Of a DNA stretch of 64,000 nucleotides, positions 1 through 10,570 are shown in pieces. Location of the stretch: NCBI GenBank assembly GCA_963841435.1, contig CAWJCS010000003.1, forward strand, positions 800,001 to 864,000, read 5' to 3'. Made by a program: the position numbers and the translations under genes. Source of the stretch: an uncultured delta proteobacterium. Lineage in GTDB: Bacteria > Myxococcota_A > Polyangia > Polyangiales > Polyangiaceae. Every line of letters starts with the position of its first letter. The first letter of the stretch is position 1. The notes below the pieces were generated by a model that did no database searches, was not told where the DNA came from, and saw only the letters and a program-made list of their open reading frames with translations.

Positions 1-261
1 CCTCGAAGCCTGTTCGTCCGGGAGCTCCCGCCCGAGCCACCCTACCCGCTCACGGGGCCCGGTCGGCGTCTCGCCGACGGCTCGCTCCTCGTCCCCAGCC
101 GCTCGAACGTTCGCCTGACGCGCGAGCTCGTCGCCTCGAACCGAGACGGGCAGGTGCTGCTCCGACCGCCCGTGCGCTGGCCGCTCGTGATGGCGGGCGC
201 GCTCGGCGTGCTAAGCGCAATTTTCCTGCTGACGACCGGTCGCGCGCGCAGGCTCGCCTGA
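1..261 (+). CDS. 3' end of an unknown protein with a C-terminal transmembrane helix (truncated by window edge)
   Basis: Frame 1 is open from base 1 to TGA 259-261 with GC-rich codon third positions; ends WPLVMAGALGVLSAIFLLTTGRARRLA. Confidence 0.6.
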   Translation, partial: PRSLFVRELPPEPPYPLTGPGRRLADGSLLVPSRSNVRLTRELVASNRDGQVLLRPPVRWPLVMAGALGVLSAIFLLTTGRARRLA

Positions 262-324
262 ATCGGCGGCTCGTGGCGCCGGCGTTGGGCGCCAATCCGC
301 ACCCGAGCGGCCCCTGGACGGGTT

Positions 325-2448
325 ATGCTGGCCACCGCCCGCCCGGATCTCATGGACGCCGTCGAGCTCCTCGCGAACGCCGCACGTGCGCTCTCACGGT
401 CTGAACCGAACGACGCCGTGGGCTCCGTTCGCCGAGCGCTCGCGGCGGGCGGCCTCGAGATCGCCGCGACGCCCGCACAGACCGTCTGGCCCCCCGAGGC
501 GTCACCCACGCTGCGGGACGGCGTGCAAGCGCTCTTCGCGCTCGCCCAAAGTCGAGCGACCGAGCACGAGTCCGGCCTGCGCGCCAAGGAGCGCGCCGAC
601 ATGCTCTCTGAAGCCTCTTTCGAGGGCATCATGATCCACGTCGACGGCGTCATCGTCGACGCGAACGAGCGCCTGGCCGACATGCTCGGCTACTCCCACG
701 ACGAGATCCTCGGGTCCGACACGTTGCCCCGCTGCGTCGCGCCGGAGGACCTGCCCCAGGTCGCCGAACGCATGCGCGCGCGCACCGAGGGCGAGTACGT
801 CATCACGGGCGTCCGGAAGGACGGCAGCCGGTTTCGCGCAGAGATACTGTCGAAGCAAGGCAAGCTCGGGGCGACGCCCGTTCGCGTGGCGGCCGTACGC
901 GACATCACGGAACGGGAGCGTACGGATGCGATGCTGCTCGAGAGCGAGACGCGCCTTCGCGAGCTCGCCGAAACCACGTTCGACGTGCTCGTCTACAGCC
1001 GCGACGCCGTCGTCGTCGAGGCCGGCGGGCGCTTGAAGGCGTTGTTCGGCTATTCGCACGAAGAGGTGGTGGGTCGTTCGATTCTGGACTTCGTTTCGTC
1101 CGAATACGTCAACGTGACGCGGGAGCGCATCGAAACCCAAAAGGTGGGCGCCGATCGCTCGGCGATCGTGGCGGTGACCGGGGAGGTGATTCCCGTCGAG
1201 GTGGTGGCGGTGCGCACGACGCTCGATGGCGTTCCAACGCGCCTTTCGGCCATCCGAGACATGCGCGAGGCGGTGCGTGCCGAACGCGAGCGCCGCGAGC
1301 TCGAGCTGCACGTACAACAAGCGCAGCGCCTCGAGAGCCTCGGCGTGCTCGCGGGGGGCATCGCGCACGACTTCAACAACCTGCTGGTGGGCATCGTCGG
1401 CGGTGCGGAGCTACTCTCGCTCGCCGACCTCGCGCCCGCCGATCGCGAGACGGCGCGTTCGATCCTCGAGGCTGGGCAACGCGCCGCGTCGCTCACGGCG
1501 CAGCTGCTCGCCTACGCCGGCCGGCGGGACCTCGGGCAACGCGAGCCCATCGACCTCGGCGTGCTCGTCGGCGAGCTCACGCGCCTGCTCACGTCCAAGC
1601 TGTCGAAGACGGCCCAGGTACAAACCGCGATTTTGCCGGACGCGATCGTGCTCGGTAACCACGCGACGCTGCTACAGGTCGTCATGAACCTGCTCACCAA
1701 CGCCTCGGACGCGCTCGGTGCCGGGCCCGGTACCATTCGAATCAGCGCCGAACGCGTCAAAGAGCCGGGTGAGCGCTTCAAGCACTCGCTCGGCGCCCCG
1801 GTTCGGGGAGCGGGCGCGTGGGTGCTCGTCGAGGTCAGCGACTCGGGCACCGGCATGGATGAGCTGACCAAACAGCGTATCTTCGAGCCGTTTTTCTCTA
1901 CCAAGCCCAAGGGGCATGGCCTCGGGCTCGCGGCGTGCCTCGGTATCGTCGCCGCCCACGGCGGAGCCATCCACGTCACGAGTGAGCCGGGTCGGGGGAG
2001 CACGTTCTCGGTGCTGCTCCCCGCGGCGGAGGCGAGCCTCGTCGGGTTCACGCCTGCATCACCGAGCGTCGCGTCGCGACAGGCCCGGATCCTCCTCGTC
2101 GACGACGAAAAGATCGTCCGCACCCAGGTGCGGCGCATGCTCGAGGTCCACGGCTATCGGGTGACGGAGGCAGCCACGGGTGCCGACGCGCTCGACCTCC
2201 TCGCCCATGGGGCGCACGACTTGATGCTGCTCGACGTGACGATGCCGGGGCTCGACGGCATCGAAGTGGCGCGCGAGGCGCGCGCGCGGGGCCACGCTCT
2301 GCCCATCGTGATGATCTCGGGGTATGCCGATTTCCCGGTCGAGGAGCGGCTCGAGGCCGGGACGTACAGCGCCTTCCTCGCAAAGCCGTTCAAGCTCGAC
2401 GAGCTCGCGGCGACGGTGCGCCGGGCGCTCCAGGGGACTCGCCGCTGA
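325..2448 (+). CDS. Hybrid sensor histidine kinase (PAS-PAS-HisKA-HATPase-REC)
   Basis: Two PAS/PAC segments (RKDGSRF, AVRDITER), H-box AGGIAHDFNNLL, N-box NLLTNASDA, DSGTGM, GHGLGLA, receiver ILLVDDE..LLDVTMP..AKPF. Confidence 0.95.
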   Translation: MLATARPDLMDAVELLANAARALSRSEPNDAVGSVRRALAAGGLEIAATPAQTVWPPEASPTLRDGVQALFALAQSRATEHESGLRAKERADMLSEASFEGIMIHVDGVIVDANERLADMLGYSHDEILGSDTLPRCVAPEDLPQVAERMRARTEGEYVITGVRKDGSRFRAEILSKQGKLGATPVRVAAVRDITERERTDAMLLESETRLRELAETTFDVLVYSRDAVVVEAGGRLKALFGYSHEEVVGRSILDFVSSEYVNVTRERIETQKVGADRSAIVAVTGEVIPVEVVAVRTTLDGVPTRLSAIRDMREAVRAERERRELELHVQQAQRLESLGVLAGGIAHDFNNLLVGIVGGAELLSLADLAPADRETARSILEAGQRAASLTAQLLAYAGRRDLGQREPIDLGVLVGELTRLLTSKLSKTAQVQTAILPDAIVLGNHATLLQVVMNLLTNASDALGAGPGTIRISAERVKEPGERFKHSLGAPVRGAGAWVLVEVSDSGTGMDELTKQRIFEPFFSTKPKGHGLGLAACLGIVAAHGGAIHVTSEPGRGSTFSVLLPAAEASLVGFTPASPSVASRQARILLVDDEKIVRTQVRRMLEVHGYRVTEAATGADALDLLAHGAHDLMLLDVTMPGLDGIEVAREARARGHALPIVMISGYADFPVEERLEAGTYSAFLAKPFKLDELAATVRRALQGTRR

Positions 2449-2493
2449 CGGGGCGCCTCGGGCGGCACGCCACGCCCCGAGCCGCCCGCGGCG

Positions 2494-3090
2494 TCAGGCG
2501 ATGCCGTAGCTTTCTGCGAGCGCGCGCAGGCGCGCTTCCACGGCGGCCTCGTCGGTCGACGCTGCGTGCTCGGCATCGAAGCGCTCGAACTCCAAGAGCA
2601 GGCGGTCGCGCACGGCAAGGGGCAGCCGCGCGAGCGCGGGCCCGAAAACCTCGCGGTTCTCGAATTCCACGTGCGCTCGCATGAAGTCCAAGAGCTCGCG
2701 CCCGACGCTCCGAATGCGGCGAACGTCCTCGTTGGACCAAGGGGCCCGTTGCCGGGCGAGCTCGCTCAGCGCGCGGAGGAGATAGCGCTCCTGTCGGTGC
2801 TCGCGCCGCATCCTCGCGACGGGTCCGTCGTACCAATCGAAGCCGTGCTCGACGAGCGCGGGCGTGAGCAGGCTCTCTTCCTTGTCCTGATGTCCGAGAT
2901 CGGCAAACACCGCCAGGTAGTCGATGATCGTTTCGAAGTCGGCGCGTGACGCCGCCTGCGCTTCGGCCGACCCGGAAAGCCAGCGCTCGAACACCGCGAG
3001 GGCTTTCTCGAGACCGGCGTGCTCGAGCCCGAGGTGCTCGAATGGCCCTTTCGAGTGCGGGCGGGAGGTCGTCTCGAGACTGTCGCTCAT
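2494..3090 (-). CDS. Hemerythrin/HHE cation-binding domain protein
   Basis: Helical protein with the motifs EH, HxxKEE, EH, HxxxEN. Confidence 0.85.
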   Translation of the reverse strand: MSDSLETTSRPHSKGPFEHLGLEHAGLEKALAVFERWLSGSAEAQAASRADFETIIDYLAVFADLGHQDKEESLLTPALVEHGFDWYDGPVARMRREHRQERYLLRALSELARQRAPWSNEDVRRIRSVGRELLDFMRAHVEFENREVFGPALARLPLAVRDRLLLEFERFDAEHAASTDEAAVEARLRALAESYGIA

Positions 3091-3102
3091 GGTCTCTCGG
3101 GT

Positions 3103-3118
3103 TGCAATTCATGCGCCA
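3103..3118 (-). promoter_or_regulatory. sigma54 (-24/-12) promoter of the hemerythrin gene
   Basis: Minus strand TGGCGCATGAATTGCA = GG-N10-GC with TTGC at -12, 12 nt before the ATG. Confidence 0.7.
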
Positions 3119-3301
3119 TCCACTGACCCGCCGACAAAATGGTGGCGATGTGGCCTGCCGTGCTCGGTTCCGCCCGCGGCGCCCGCGCAGGTTCTTCGCG
3201 GCACCCAATGCCGGCGCGCAATTTTCGCGTTTCGCGGCGACGCCGCTCTGAACCGCAGCTGAAACGTGGCGCGAACACGCGTGTGGTGACATCGGGGGAC
3301 G

Positions 3302-6300
3302 ATGGATGGCGCCGCGCAGGACTCGGGCCCGAGACCGCACGATCTCGAGCTCGTCCGATATCTCAACCTGAAGCTGGTCGCGCTCGGTCAACCCCACAAC
3401 CGCGCCGTTCCCGACCCGGGCTTTCTGGAGCTCGCAACCCCGCTCTTGCGCAACCACCTGCGCAAGGACGAGCTACTGGGCTGGCCGCTCTGCCCGGTCG
3501 ATCAGAGGATCCAGGCGTTTCTCGACGCCTACTTGCTCGACGTGCGGCCGAAGGGGGCGGCACGGCTGCCGGCTCGGACGCTGGTGCTCGATCGCGCCGG
3601 GCTCGGTCGCGCGCTCTCGCTGCCGACGACGAGCGATCGATTCGCGTCGCCGTACGTCACCTCGTATCGACTCGCTCAGGGCGTGCTCCACAATCCGAAG
3701 AGCGATCGGAGGACGACGCAGGGAGTGTTCCACGTCGCCGAAGGCGGCTTGCCGGTGCCGCTCGACAAGTGCGCCGTGCCGAAGTTTACCTTCGCGGCGC
3801 TGCTCGACCAAGCCCTGCGTCCGCCCGACGACGCACTCGTTTTGCCGTTCACCCAAGGACAGGCCGACCCGGCTCGCGTCTTCGTTTCGCTCCTGCTCAG
3901 ACCGCTCGTGTGCCCGAGGACCGATCGGACGCCCGAAAAGAGCATGGAAGTGCGCTTTTTCGCGCCGGGAAGCCTCGTCAGCAACCTCGACTTCGTCGAG
4001 GCCATCTTCGGCAACGGCGGCGACCCCTTCCTGCCCGAGAACGACGCCGTGCACGACCTCAGCGGTTTCAGCGGGCACACGGGCTGCGTGATCCTCGCGC
4101 CCCATCTCGTCGGCATGAAGAAGGTGGACCTCGGGCTCCCACCTTACGAGCAGGCGACCGAGCGCCAGCGCCGCGACGGCATGTGCTACCGCTCGAACGA
4201 CGAACCGTACAACGACGGTCGCGCCTTCAAGATCACCTGTCGCGACGCGCGCGGCGTCATCGTGACGATCATCGCCGACAACTATTACGGGTACTGCAAA
4301 AAGGAGGTAAAGACCCAGATTAGCTACGCCACGAACTTGTTCGGCGGCTGCGAGGAGGAGCACTCCGGCGGCGCGCTCGCCTTCGCGAGCTACGTGCTCG
4401 GCCAGGAATTCGCGGCGGCGTACAGCCAATTCTTGGAGCCCAAGCCCTTCGAGACCGCCATGGCGCTGCTCGGTGATCGCGTCGTGAAAAAGCCGGAGCG
4501 TTTCGCCGTCGACAGGGTCTATCCCGACGTCTTCTACGTGCCCGAGGACGCCGAGTTCAAGGCGCGCGAAGGATACGTGCGCTGGACGGAAAACGGCTCG
4601 GAGCGTCGCTTGACCTTGCGAGCGGAGGCCATCTACGTGCTACCGAACGGCTACCGCATCCGCCTCGAGAAGCAGCTCGGCGGGATGACCTGGCGCATGG
4701 TCGGCACGCGTCCCGACGGCGTGCTCTGTCACAAGCCGTGCACGGTCTCGGGTGGCGGGAAATCGGAGATCTCGAAGTCGTTGCGTCCCATGATTCTCTC
4801 CGGCCCGCTCTACGTGCGCGATTTCAAGAGCGACATGGAGCAAGCCGCCGCCGTCATCGAGCGCGACTACGCGAACATCCACCGGCAACCCGAGTCCCGT
4901 TCGGCACGCCCGTTCCTCAGCCGCGAGCGAACGCTCGGCTCGGTCATCAAGCTGCTCACTCCCTCCGAGGAGTACACCGACGAGCACAACGCGTGGGTGC
5001 GCGCGCTCCCGCAGACCATTCGCCAGCTCGTTTTCGTCATCAAGCGGCACTATCGCGCCGACTGGGGCACGGATTTTCGCTCGCATTTCAGCGTCGACCG
5101 CGTCAACGGCTATCCAGGGCACGAGCTGCGCTTCGACGGCCAGCGCCTGATGACGAACTACCTCCGCGTGGGCTTCGAAGACGACGAGGGAACCTACCGG
5201 GTCTTCAAGCTGCGCCCCGACTTTCGCCCGAGCGACAAGGTCCAAGTGGAAGACGACATCACGGCATCGACCGTGGTGCCGCGCGAGCGCGTGCCGGGCT
5301 TGTCGCCCGAGTACCCGAATCCGAGCGTCAAGCTCGTGGCGAACTGCGAGTTCGAGCTTTTCCAGCGCCCCGACGACGCCATCCTCCGCGGCTTCGATCA
5401 CCAAGCGGAGGCTGACATCGCGACGCCCGGCACCTTCATCACGAACTTCGAGCCCCTGACGCGCGAACAGGCGCGCGCACTCGAGGACAGGGTCATCGAG
5501 TTCGACCGTTACACCGAGCCGATGAAGCGGCTGCTGTCGGACTTCGTGCGCGATCCGGCAGCGGGCTACGTCGTATCGTCGGCGCACCCCCGGCTCGTCA
5601 ACGGCAAGCCGTCGAAGAACCCACGCTACCTGCAGCGCCGCCCCGATCGAGTCGCGCACCGCGAGACGCACGTCGCCGAGATTGGCATGCGCCTTTCGGG
5701 AGACATCGCCGCGGACCAACCGTTCTTGCCGGCGGTGCACGCCGTGCTCGCGGGTCGCCGCGCCAACCGCGAAAATCCGGCGATCGGCCTGCCTCCGCTC
5801 GCCGTCTACGGTCCCATTCACTATCAGGAGCTGCCCGAGCTCTTCATGGATTTCTTGACGAGCCTCACGGGCAAGAGCCCGTCGACGACCGGCTTCGGTA
5901 GCGAGGGCGCCCTCACCAAGGGGCCCTTCAACGCGCTCTGGCCCGTCGTCGACATGAACAATGCGCTCGTGTCGGCGATCGTGACCGGCTACGGCGGCTT
6001 CACGACGGTGGCGGGCTACCTCGGACCGCGCTGCCGTATCGATCACGACATCAGCATGCTGGTGCCGGAGATCTGGTGCCGCATGTCGGTACGCGAGCGC
6101 ACGCCGAGCTACCTCGTCGAGAACGGCTATCTGGCGAAGATCGAGGACTACGCTCACGGCGGCACGCGTATCCTCGCGAGCCGGCTCGGCTACCGCATCA
6201 CGCCGCGTTTCGTGGACCACTTCCTCGGCAGGATCTTCGAGACGCCGAGCGCCGTTTTCCCGCGCGACCTGCTCGAGCCCGAGCTCCAGGATCCGGACGC

Positions 6301-6727
6301 GTTCGCAGCGGGCGTGCAAGCCATCTCCGAGGCTCAGGCCCGCGCGGCGCAGGAGTACCTCGATTCCGGCAGCGTCGCGGCGGCGTGCCCGCCACTCCGC
6401 GCGCTGATCCACGTGATGGCGACCGGTGCGTTCGAGGGCAGGACCATCGAGGATCCGGCGATTCGCAGGCTCTTCTCGCGCGAATCGATGGTCGCGAGCG
6501 ACTGGTACCGCGAGCGTCTCCACACCAAACAGGCGCGGGATCGCGCTCTGCTCGTGCGCCATCGCGAGACCCTCGCGCGCCGCTCGGGCCACGGCGCGTC
6601 GGCGGATGTCGCCGTCTTGAAGCACCAAATCGAAGCGGAGCTCGAGCGGGTAAGCTCGCCGGCTTACATCGACGAGCTCGTCGGCACGCTGGGTGCCGAC
6701 CCGTTCCACGGGCAGCTGCCGGGCTGA
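3302..6727 (+). CDS. PPi-type phosphoenolpyruvate carboxykinase (PEP carboxytransphosphorylase)
   Basis: 1141 aa; family motifs HNPKSDRRTTQGVFH, DNYYGYCKKEVKTQISY, EEEHSGGA, CHKPCTVSGGGKSEISKS, GKSPSTTGFGSEGALTKGPFNAL. Confidence 0.85.
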   Translation: MDGAAQDSGPRPHDLELVRYLNLKLVALGQPHNRAVPDPGFLELATPLLRNHLRKDELLGWPLCPVDQRIQAFLDAYLLDVRPKGAARLPARTLVLDRAGLGRALSLPTTSDRFASPYVTSYRLAQGVLHNPKSDRRTTQGVFHVAEGGLPVPLDKCAVPKFTFAALLDQALRPPDDALVLPFTQGQADPARVFVSLLLRPLVCPRTDRTPEKSMEVRFFAPGSLVSNLDFVEAIFGNGGDPFLPENDAVHDLSGFSGHTGCVILAPHLVGMKKVDLGLPPYEQATERQRRDGMCYRSNDEPYNDGRAFKITCRDARGVIVTIIADNYYGYCKKEVKTQISYATNLFGGCEEEHSGGALAFASYVLGQEFAAAYSQFLEPKPFETAMALLGDRVVKKPERFAVDRVYPDVFYVPEDAEFKAREGYVRWTENGSERRLTLRAEAIYVLPNGYRIRLEKQLGGMTWRMVGTRPDGVLCHKPCTVSGGGKSEISKSLRPMILSGPLYVRDFKSDMEQAAAVIERDYANIHRQPESRSARPFLSRERTLGSVIKLLTPSEEYTDEHNAWVRALPQTIRQLVFVIKRHYRADWGTDFRSHFSVDRVNGYPGHELRFDGQRLMTNYLRVGFEDDEGTYRVFKLRPDFRPSDKVQVEDDITASTVVPRERVPGLSPEYPNPSVKLVANCEFELFQRPDDAILRGFDHQAEADIATPGTFITNFEPLTREQARALEDRVIEFDRYTEPMKRLLSDFVRDPAAGYVVSSAHPRLVNGKPSKNPRYLQRRPDRVAHRETHVAEIGMRLSGDIAADQPFLPAVHAVLAGRRANRENPAIGLPPLAVYGPIHYQELPELFMDFLTSLTGKSPSTTGFGSEGALTKGPFNALWPVVDMNNALVSAIVTGYGGFTTVAGYLGPRCRIDHDISMLVPEIWCRMSVRERTPSYLVENGYLAKIEDYAHGGTRILASRLGYRITPRFVDHFLGRIFETPSAVFPRDLLEPELQDPDAFAAGVQAISEAQARAAQEYLDSGSVAAACPPLRALIHVMATGAFEGRTIEDPAIRRLFSRESMVASDWYRERLHTKQARDRALLVRHRETLARRSGHGASADVAVLKHQIEAELERVSSPAYIDELVGTLGADPFHGQLPG

Positions 6728-6751
6728 TCCGGGCGCAACCACGGTCCTCGT

Positions 6752-8369
6752 ATGCTTGCGCTCCTCCGCGATCGCCCGCTACTGGTGTTGTTCCTCGTGG
6801 CCGCGCTCGGCTATCTCGTCGGGCGCGTGCGCGTCGCGGGCTTCTCGCTCGGCGTGGCGGCGGTGCTCTTCGTGGGCCTCGGTCTCGGCTGGGCGCTGCC
6901 GGGCGTGGTGCTGCCCGATTTCGCGGGTCAGCTCGGGCTGGTCCTCTTCGTGTACACGGTCGGCATCGCGAGCGGCCCGACGTTCTTCTCGGCGTTGCGC
7001 CTGAGAGGCCTGCGCGACAACGCGCTCGCGCTCGGCGTCGTCATCTCCGGCGCCTTTTCGACGTGGGTGCTCGGACGCGCCGCCGGTCTCGGGAGCCCCA
7101 TGCTCGCGGGCCTGCTCGCCGGCGCCACGACGAACACCCCGGCGCTCGCCAGCGTGGTCGACGTGCTGCGCCGCAGCGGCGCGAGCGACCAGCTTCGCGC
7201 CATTCCCGTGATCGCCTATTCGATCGCGTACCCCGCGGGCGTTTTGATCCCACTCCTCGCCGTGTGGGCGACCGACCGCTTCGCGCGGCGCCCGACGGCC
7301 GGCGACGCCTCGGGCTACGGTGTGCCGAGCATCCGGCCCATCGTGAGCGCGACGCTGGCGATCGACGCCGATCACCGACGAACCGGCCGACCAGCTCAGG
7401 CACGGAGCGGGCTACGGTGTCGTTTTCGGCAGGGTGCGGCGCGGCGCGGTCTCGAACGTCGTGCACGGCGACACGCGCTTCGCACCGGGCGATCTCGTCA
7501 CCGTCGTCGGCACGGAGCGCGACCTCGGCGCGGCCGTCGCGGCGCTCGGCCATCTGTCAGCCGAGCACATCGAGCACGATCGTTCCGAAATCGACTACCG
7601 GCGCATGTTCGTGTCGAACCCGCTCGTCGAAGGCGTCGAGCTCGGCGCGCTCGATCTCGGCCGGCGCTTCGACGCCGCGGTCACACGCGTCCGGCGCGGG
7701 GACGTTGACATCGTTCCAGAGGCCGACTTCCGCATCGAGCCGGGCGACCGGGTGCGCGTCGTTGCGCCGAAACGCCACATGGCCGAGCTCGAGCAGCTCT
7801 TCGGCGACTCGCAGCGGCGCGTGGCGGAAATCGACGTGCTCACCTTCGGGCTCGGGATTGCCCTTGGGCTCCTGCTCGGCGCCGTGCCGTTCCCACTGCC
7901 GGGCGGCAAGTCGTTCGAGCTCGGTCTCGCGGGCGGTCCGCTCATTGCGGGGCTCGTGCTCGGGCAGCTCGGACGCACGGGGCCGCTCGTCTGGACGCTA
8001 CCGTTCGGTGCGAACCTGACGCTCCGGCAACTCGGCATCGTGCTCTTTTTGGCTGGCGTCGGCGTGCGCGCGGGCGGCTCGCTCGGCGGCGCCCTCGATG
8101 GGGACGCGGCCGTCGCGACCGTCTGGGTGGGGGTCGTCGTGACGGCGCTCGCGTCACTTCTCACGCTCGGCATCGCACGGCTCGTGCTCGGCGTTCCGGC
8201 AGCGGTCGCCTTCGGCCTGCTCGCCGGCATCCAGACGCAGCCGGCCGTGCTCGCGTTCGCGGTCGAGAAGACGGGCAAGGACGCGCCGAACCTCGGCTAC
8301 ACGAGCGTCTATCCCATCGCGACGGTCGGGAAGATCCTGCTCGCGCAGGTGCTGCTCGGCTTGCGCTGA
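6752..8369 (+). pseudogene. AspT/YidE/YbjL-family exchanger with TrkA-C domains, split by a frameshift near 7370 (possibly a sequencing error)
   Basis: N-half (GLVLFVYTVG..GP, GATTNTPAL, AYSIAYPAG) from 6752; C-half (GGPLIAGLVLG, GIQTQPAVLAFA, YTSVYP) in the +1 frame, which reads TDEPADQLRHGAGYGVVFGRVRRG from about 7371. Confidence 0.85.
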
Positions 8370-8456
8370 CCCCGTCCACAGGCAGCCCGGCGCTCGCTAC
8401 TCGGGGACCAACGACAGAGCGCGCGCGCCAACGCAAATCCTCGCTCCACGGACATG

Positions 8457-8476
8457 GCGCAACGCAGTTCTTGCGC
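8457..8476. promoter_or_regulatory. Palindromic operator / candidate upstream activator site GCGCAA-N8-TTGCGC
   Basis: GCGCAACGCAGTTCTTGCGC about 65 bp upstream of a sigma54-like promoter; the same palindrome recurs at 47048-47067. Confidence 0.45.
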
Positions 8477-8540
8477 GTTGCAACGCGGTTTCGTCGCGAT
8501 TTTTGCGGCAGATCGGGCGGCTCGCGCAAATCGATCGGAG

Positions 8541-8556
8541 TGGTCCGACCTTTGCA
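8541..8556 (+). promoter_or_regulatory. sigma54 promoter of the CBS/ATP-grasp/alpha-E operon
   Basis: TGGTCCGACCTTTGCA = GG-N10-GC with TTGC. Confidence 0.6.
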
Positions 8557-8589
8557 CACAAGGTCATATCCCACGGCATGGAGGGCACC

Positions 8590-9099
8590 ATGAACACGAG
8601 TGAACGTTTGGTCGGAGACATCATGTCGGACCTCTTGGTGTGCGTCGACGCCACCACGCTGGTCGGCAGAATCCACGAGCTTTCCCGCGAGCGCGGCATC
8701 CACCACTTTCCGGTGCTCGGCTACGGATCGGTGGTCGGCTTCGTCTGCACGTGCGACCTCGAGGAAGCACCACCGAGTCAGTCCGTCGGCGAGCTGATGC
8801 GGAGTCAGGTGATCACCGTGCAGAAGGCCGCCACGGCCGCCGACGCCGCCCGCATGATGCTCCTGCACGACGTGGGCTCGGCCGTCGTCCTCGAACGCGA
8901 CGTGCCCTGCGGCATCGTGACCCGCGCCGATCTCATCCGGCTCGGCGAGGACATCGCGGAGATCATGGGAGAGTGCCACTGCGCGAGCTGCGGCAGCTTC
9001 GAGCACCTGAAAATCGACCGCTCGGGGCAGAAGCTCTGCCAGGAGTGCCGTGACCGCGCGCACGAGCACGGCTCCATCGAGGTAGGAGGCAGCGGCTGA
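8590..9099 (+). CDS. CBS-pair protein with C-terminal Cys4 zinc-ribbon-like motif
   Basis: HHFPV..VGFV and GSAVV..GIVTRADL CBS motifs; tail CHCASCG-x14-CQEC; ATG 8590 after GGAGGG; stop overlaps next ATG. Confidence 0.85.
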   Translation: MNTSERLVGDIMSDLLVCVDATTLVGRIHELSRERGIHHFPVLGYGSVVGFVCTCDLEEAPPSQSVGELMRSQVITVQKAATAADAARMMLLHDVGSAVVLERDVPCGIVTRADLIRLGEDIAEIMGECHCASCGSFEHLKIDRSGQKLCQECRDRAHEHGSIEVGGSG

Positions 9100-10550
9100 T
9101 GTCGAGCACGACGAGCTCTCCGTTCGAGGGGTACGCGTCACCGAGCTACGACGAGCTGATCGTCCAGGGTGACTCGGCTCGGGGCCCCGCGCGGCGGCTC
9201 GCCGACCTTTTGCGCACGCTCGGTCCCGAACGCCTGCGCGCGCGGCAGGCTGCCGCCGTGGCGGATATTCGCCGGCTCGGCATCACGTTCACCGTCTACG
9301 ACTTCTCGGGCAACATCGATCGCGAGTGGCCGTTCGACATCATCCCGCGCGTCCTCGGCGCCGACGAGTGGCTGCGCATCGAGCGCGGCCTCATGCAGCG
9401 GCTCCGGGCGCTGAACGCGTTCATCAGCGACGTTTACAACGAGCAGCGCGTCGTCAAGGCGGGCGTGCTTCCGGCCGAGCTGCTGCGAACCTCGCGCTAT
9501 TTTCTGGAGAGCTGCCGCGGCATTCGCCCGAAGTACGGGGTGTGGGCGCACATTTCGGGCAGTGATCTGGTCCGCGACAAGGACGGAGAGGTGTACGTCC
9601 TCGAGGATAACCTGCGCATCCCCTCGGGCGTGTCGTACATGCTCGAAAACCGCGCCGTCACCAAGCGCGTGTTCCCCGAGCTGTTCAGCGATCAGAGCAT
9701 CCACCCCGTCAACGGCTACGTGAGCCGCCTGCACGACCTACTCTGCTCGCTCGCACCCGACGGCGTCGACGACCCGACCATCGTACTGCTCACGCCCGGC
9801 GTGCACAACTCCGCGTACTTCGAGCATTGCTACCTCGCGCAGGAGATGGGCGTCGAGCTCGTCGAGGGGCGCGACTTGTTCGTCGAGAACGACCGCCTGT
9901 ACGCGCGCACCATCGCCGGGCCGGAGCGCGTGCACGTCGTCTACCGGCGCGTCGACGACGCTTTCCTCGACCCCGCGGCGTTCCGCTCCGATTCGACGCT
10001 CGGCGTGCGCGGCCTGCTCGGCGCGTTCCGCGCCGGGAACGTCGCGCTCGTCAACGCGCCCGGCGCCGGCGTCGCCGACGACAAGGTCGTCTACTCGTAC
10101 GTGCCCGACCTCGTGCGCTACTACCTCGGCGAGGACCCCATCCTGCCCAACGTTCCGACGTTTCGCCTCGTCGACGAGCGCGAGCGCGCCCACGTGTTCT
10201 CGAAGCTCGAAGATTTCGTGGTCAAGCCAGCCAACGAATCGGGCGGCTACGGCGTCGTGATCGGCGATCAGGCCTCGCACGCGGACCTCGAGCGCTGCCG
10301 CGAGGCCGTGCTCGCCGACCCGAGAAACTTCATCGCGCAGCCCATCGTGAGGCTCTCGACGGCGCCCACCTTGTGCGGTGACTCGCTGCGCCCGCGGCAC
10401 CTCGATTTGCGTCCGTTCGTTCTGAGCGGCCTCGAGCAGTACGTGACGCGAGGCGGCCTCACACGCGTGGCACTGCGCGAAGGCTCGCTCGTCGTGAACT
10501 CGTCCCAGGGCGGGGGCAGCAAGGACACCTGGATCGTCGCCTCCAACTGA
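9099..10550 (+). CDS. Circularly permuted type 2 ATP-grasp protein
   Basis: LEDNLRIPSGVSYMLENR, LLTPGVHNSAYFEH, YRRVDD, NAPGAGVADDK, VVKPANESGGYG, VVNSSQGGGSKDTW. Confidence 0.95.
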   Translation: MSSTTSSPFEGYASPSYDELIVQGDSARGPARRLADLLRTLGPERLRARQAAAVADIRRLGITFTVYDFSGNIDREWPFDIIPRVLGADEWLRIERGLMQRLRALNAFISDVYNEQRVVKAGVLPAELLRTSRYFLESCRGIRPKYGVWAHISGSDLVRDKDGEVYVLEDNLRIPSGVSYMLENRAVTKRVFPELFSDQSIHPVNGYVSRLHDLLCSLAPDGVDDPTIVLLTPGVHNSAYFEHCYLAQEMGVELVEGRDLFVENDRLYARTIAGPERVHVVYRRVDDAFLDPAAFRSDSTLGVRGLLGAFRAGNVALVNAPGAGVADDKVVYSYVPDLVRYYLGEDPILPNVPTFRLVDERERAHVFSKLEDFVVKPANESGGYGVVIGDQASHADLERCREAVLADPRNFIAQPIVRLSTAPTLCGDSLRPRHLDLRPFVLSGLEQYVTRGGLTRVALREGSLVVNSSQGGGSKDTWIVASN

Positions 10551-10570
10551 ATCTCCTTACGGTCATCGCC

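Noticed and set aside
3267-3282. TGGCGCGAACACGC as sigma54 promoter for the PEPCK gene
   Set aside because: GG to GC spacing is 9 rather than 10 and there is no TTGC
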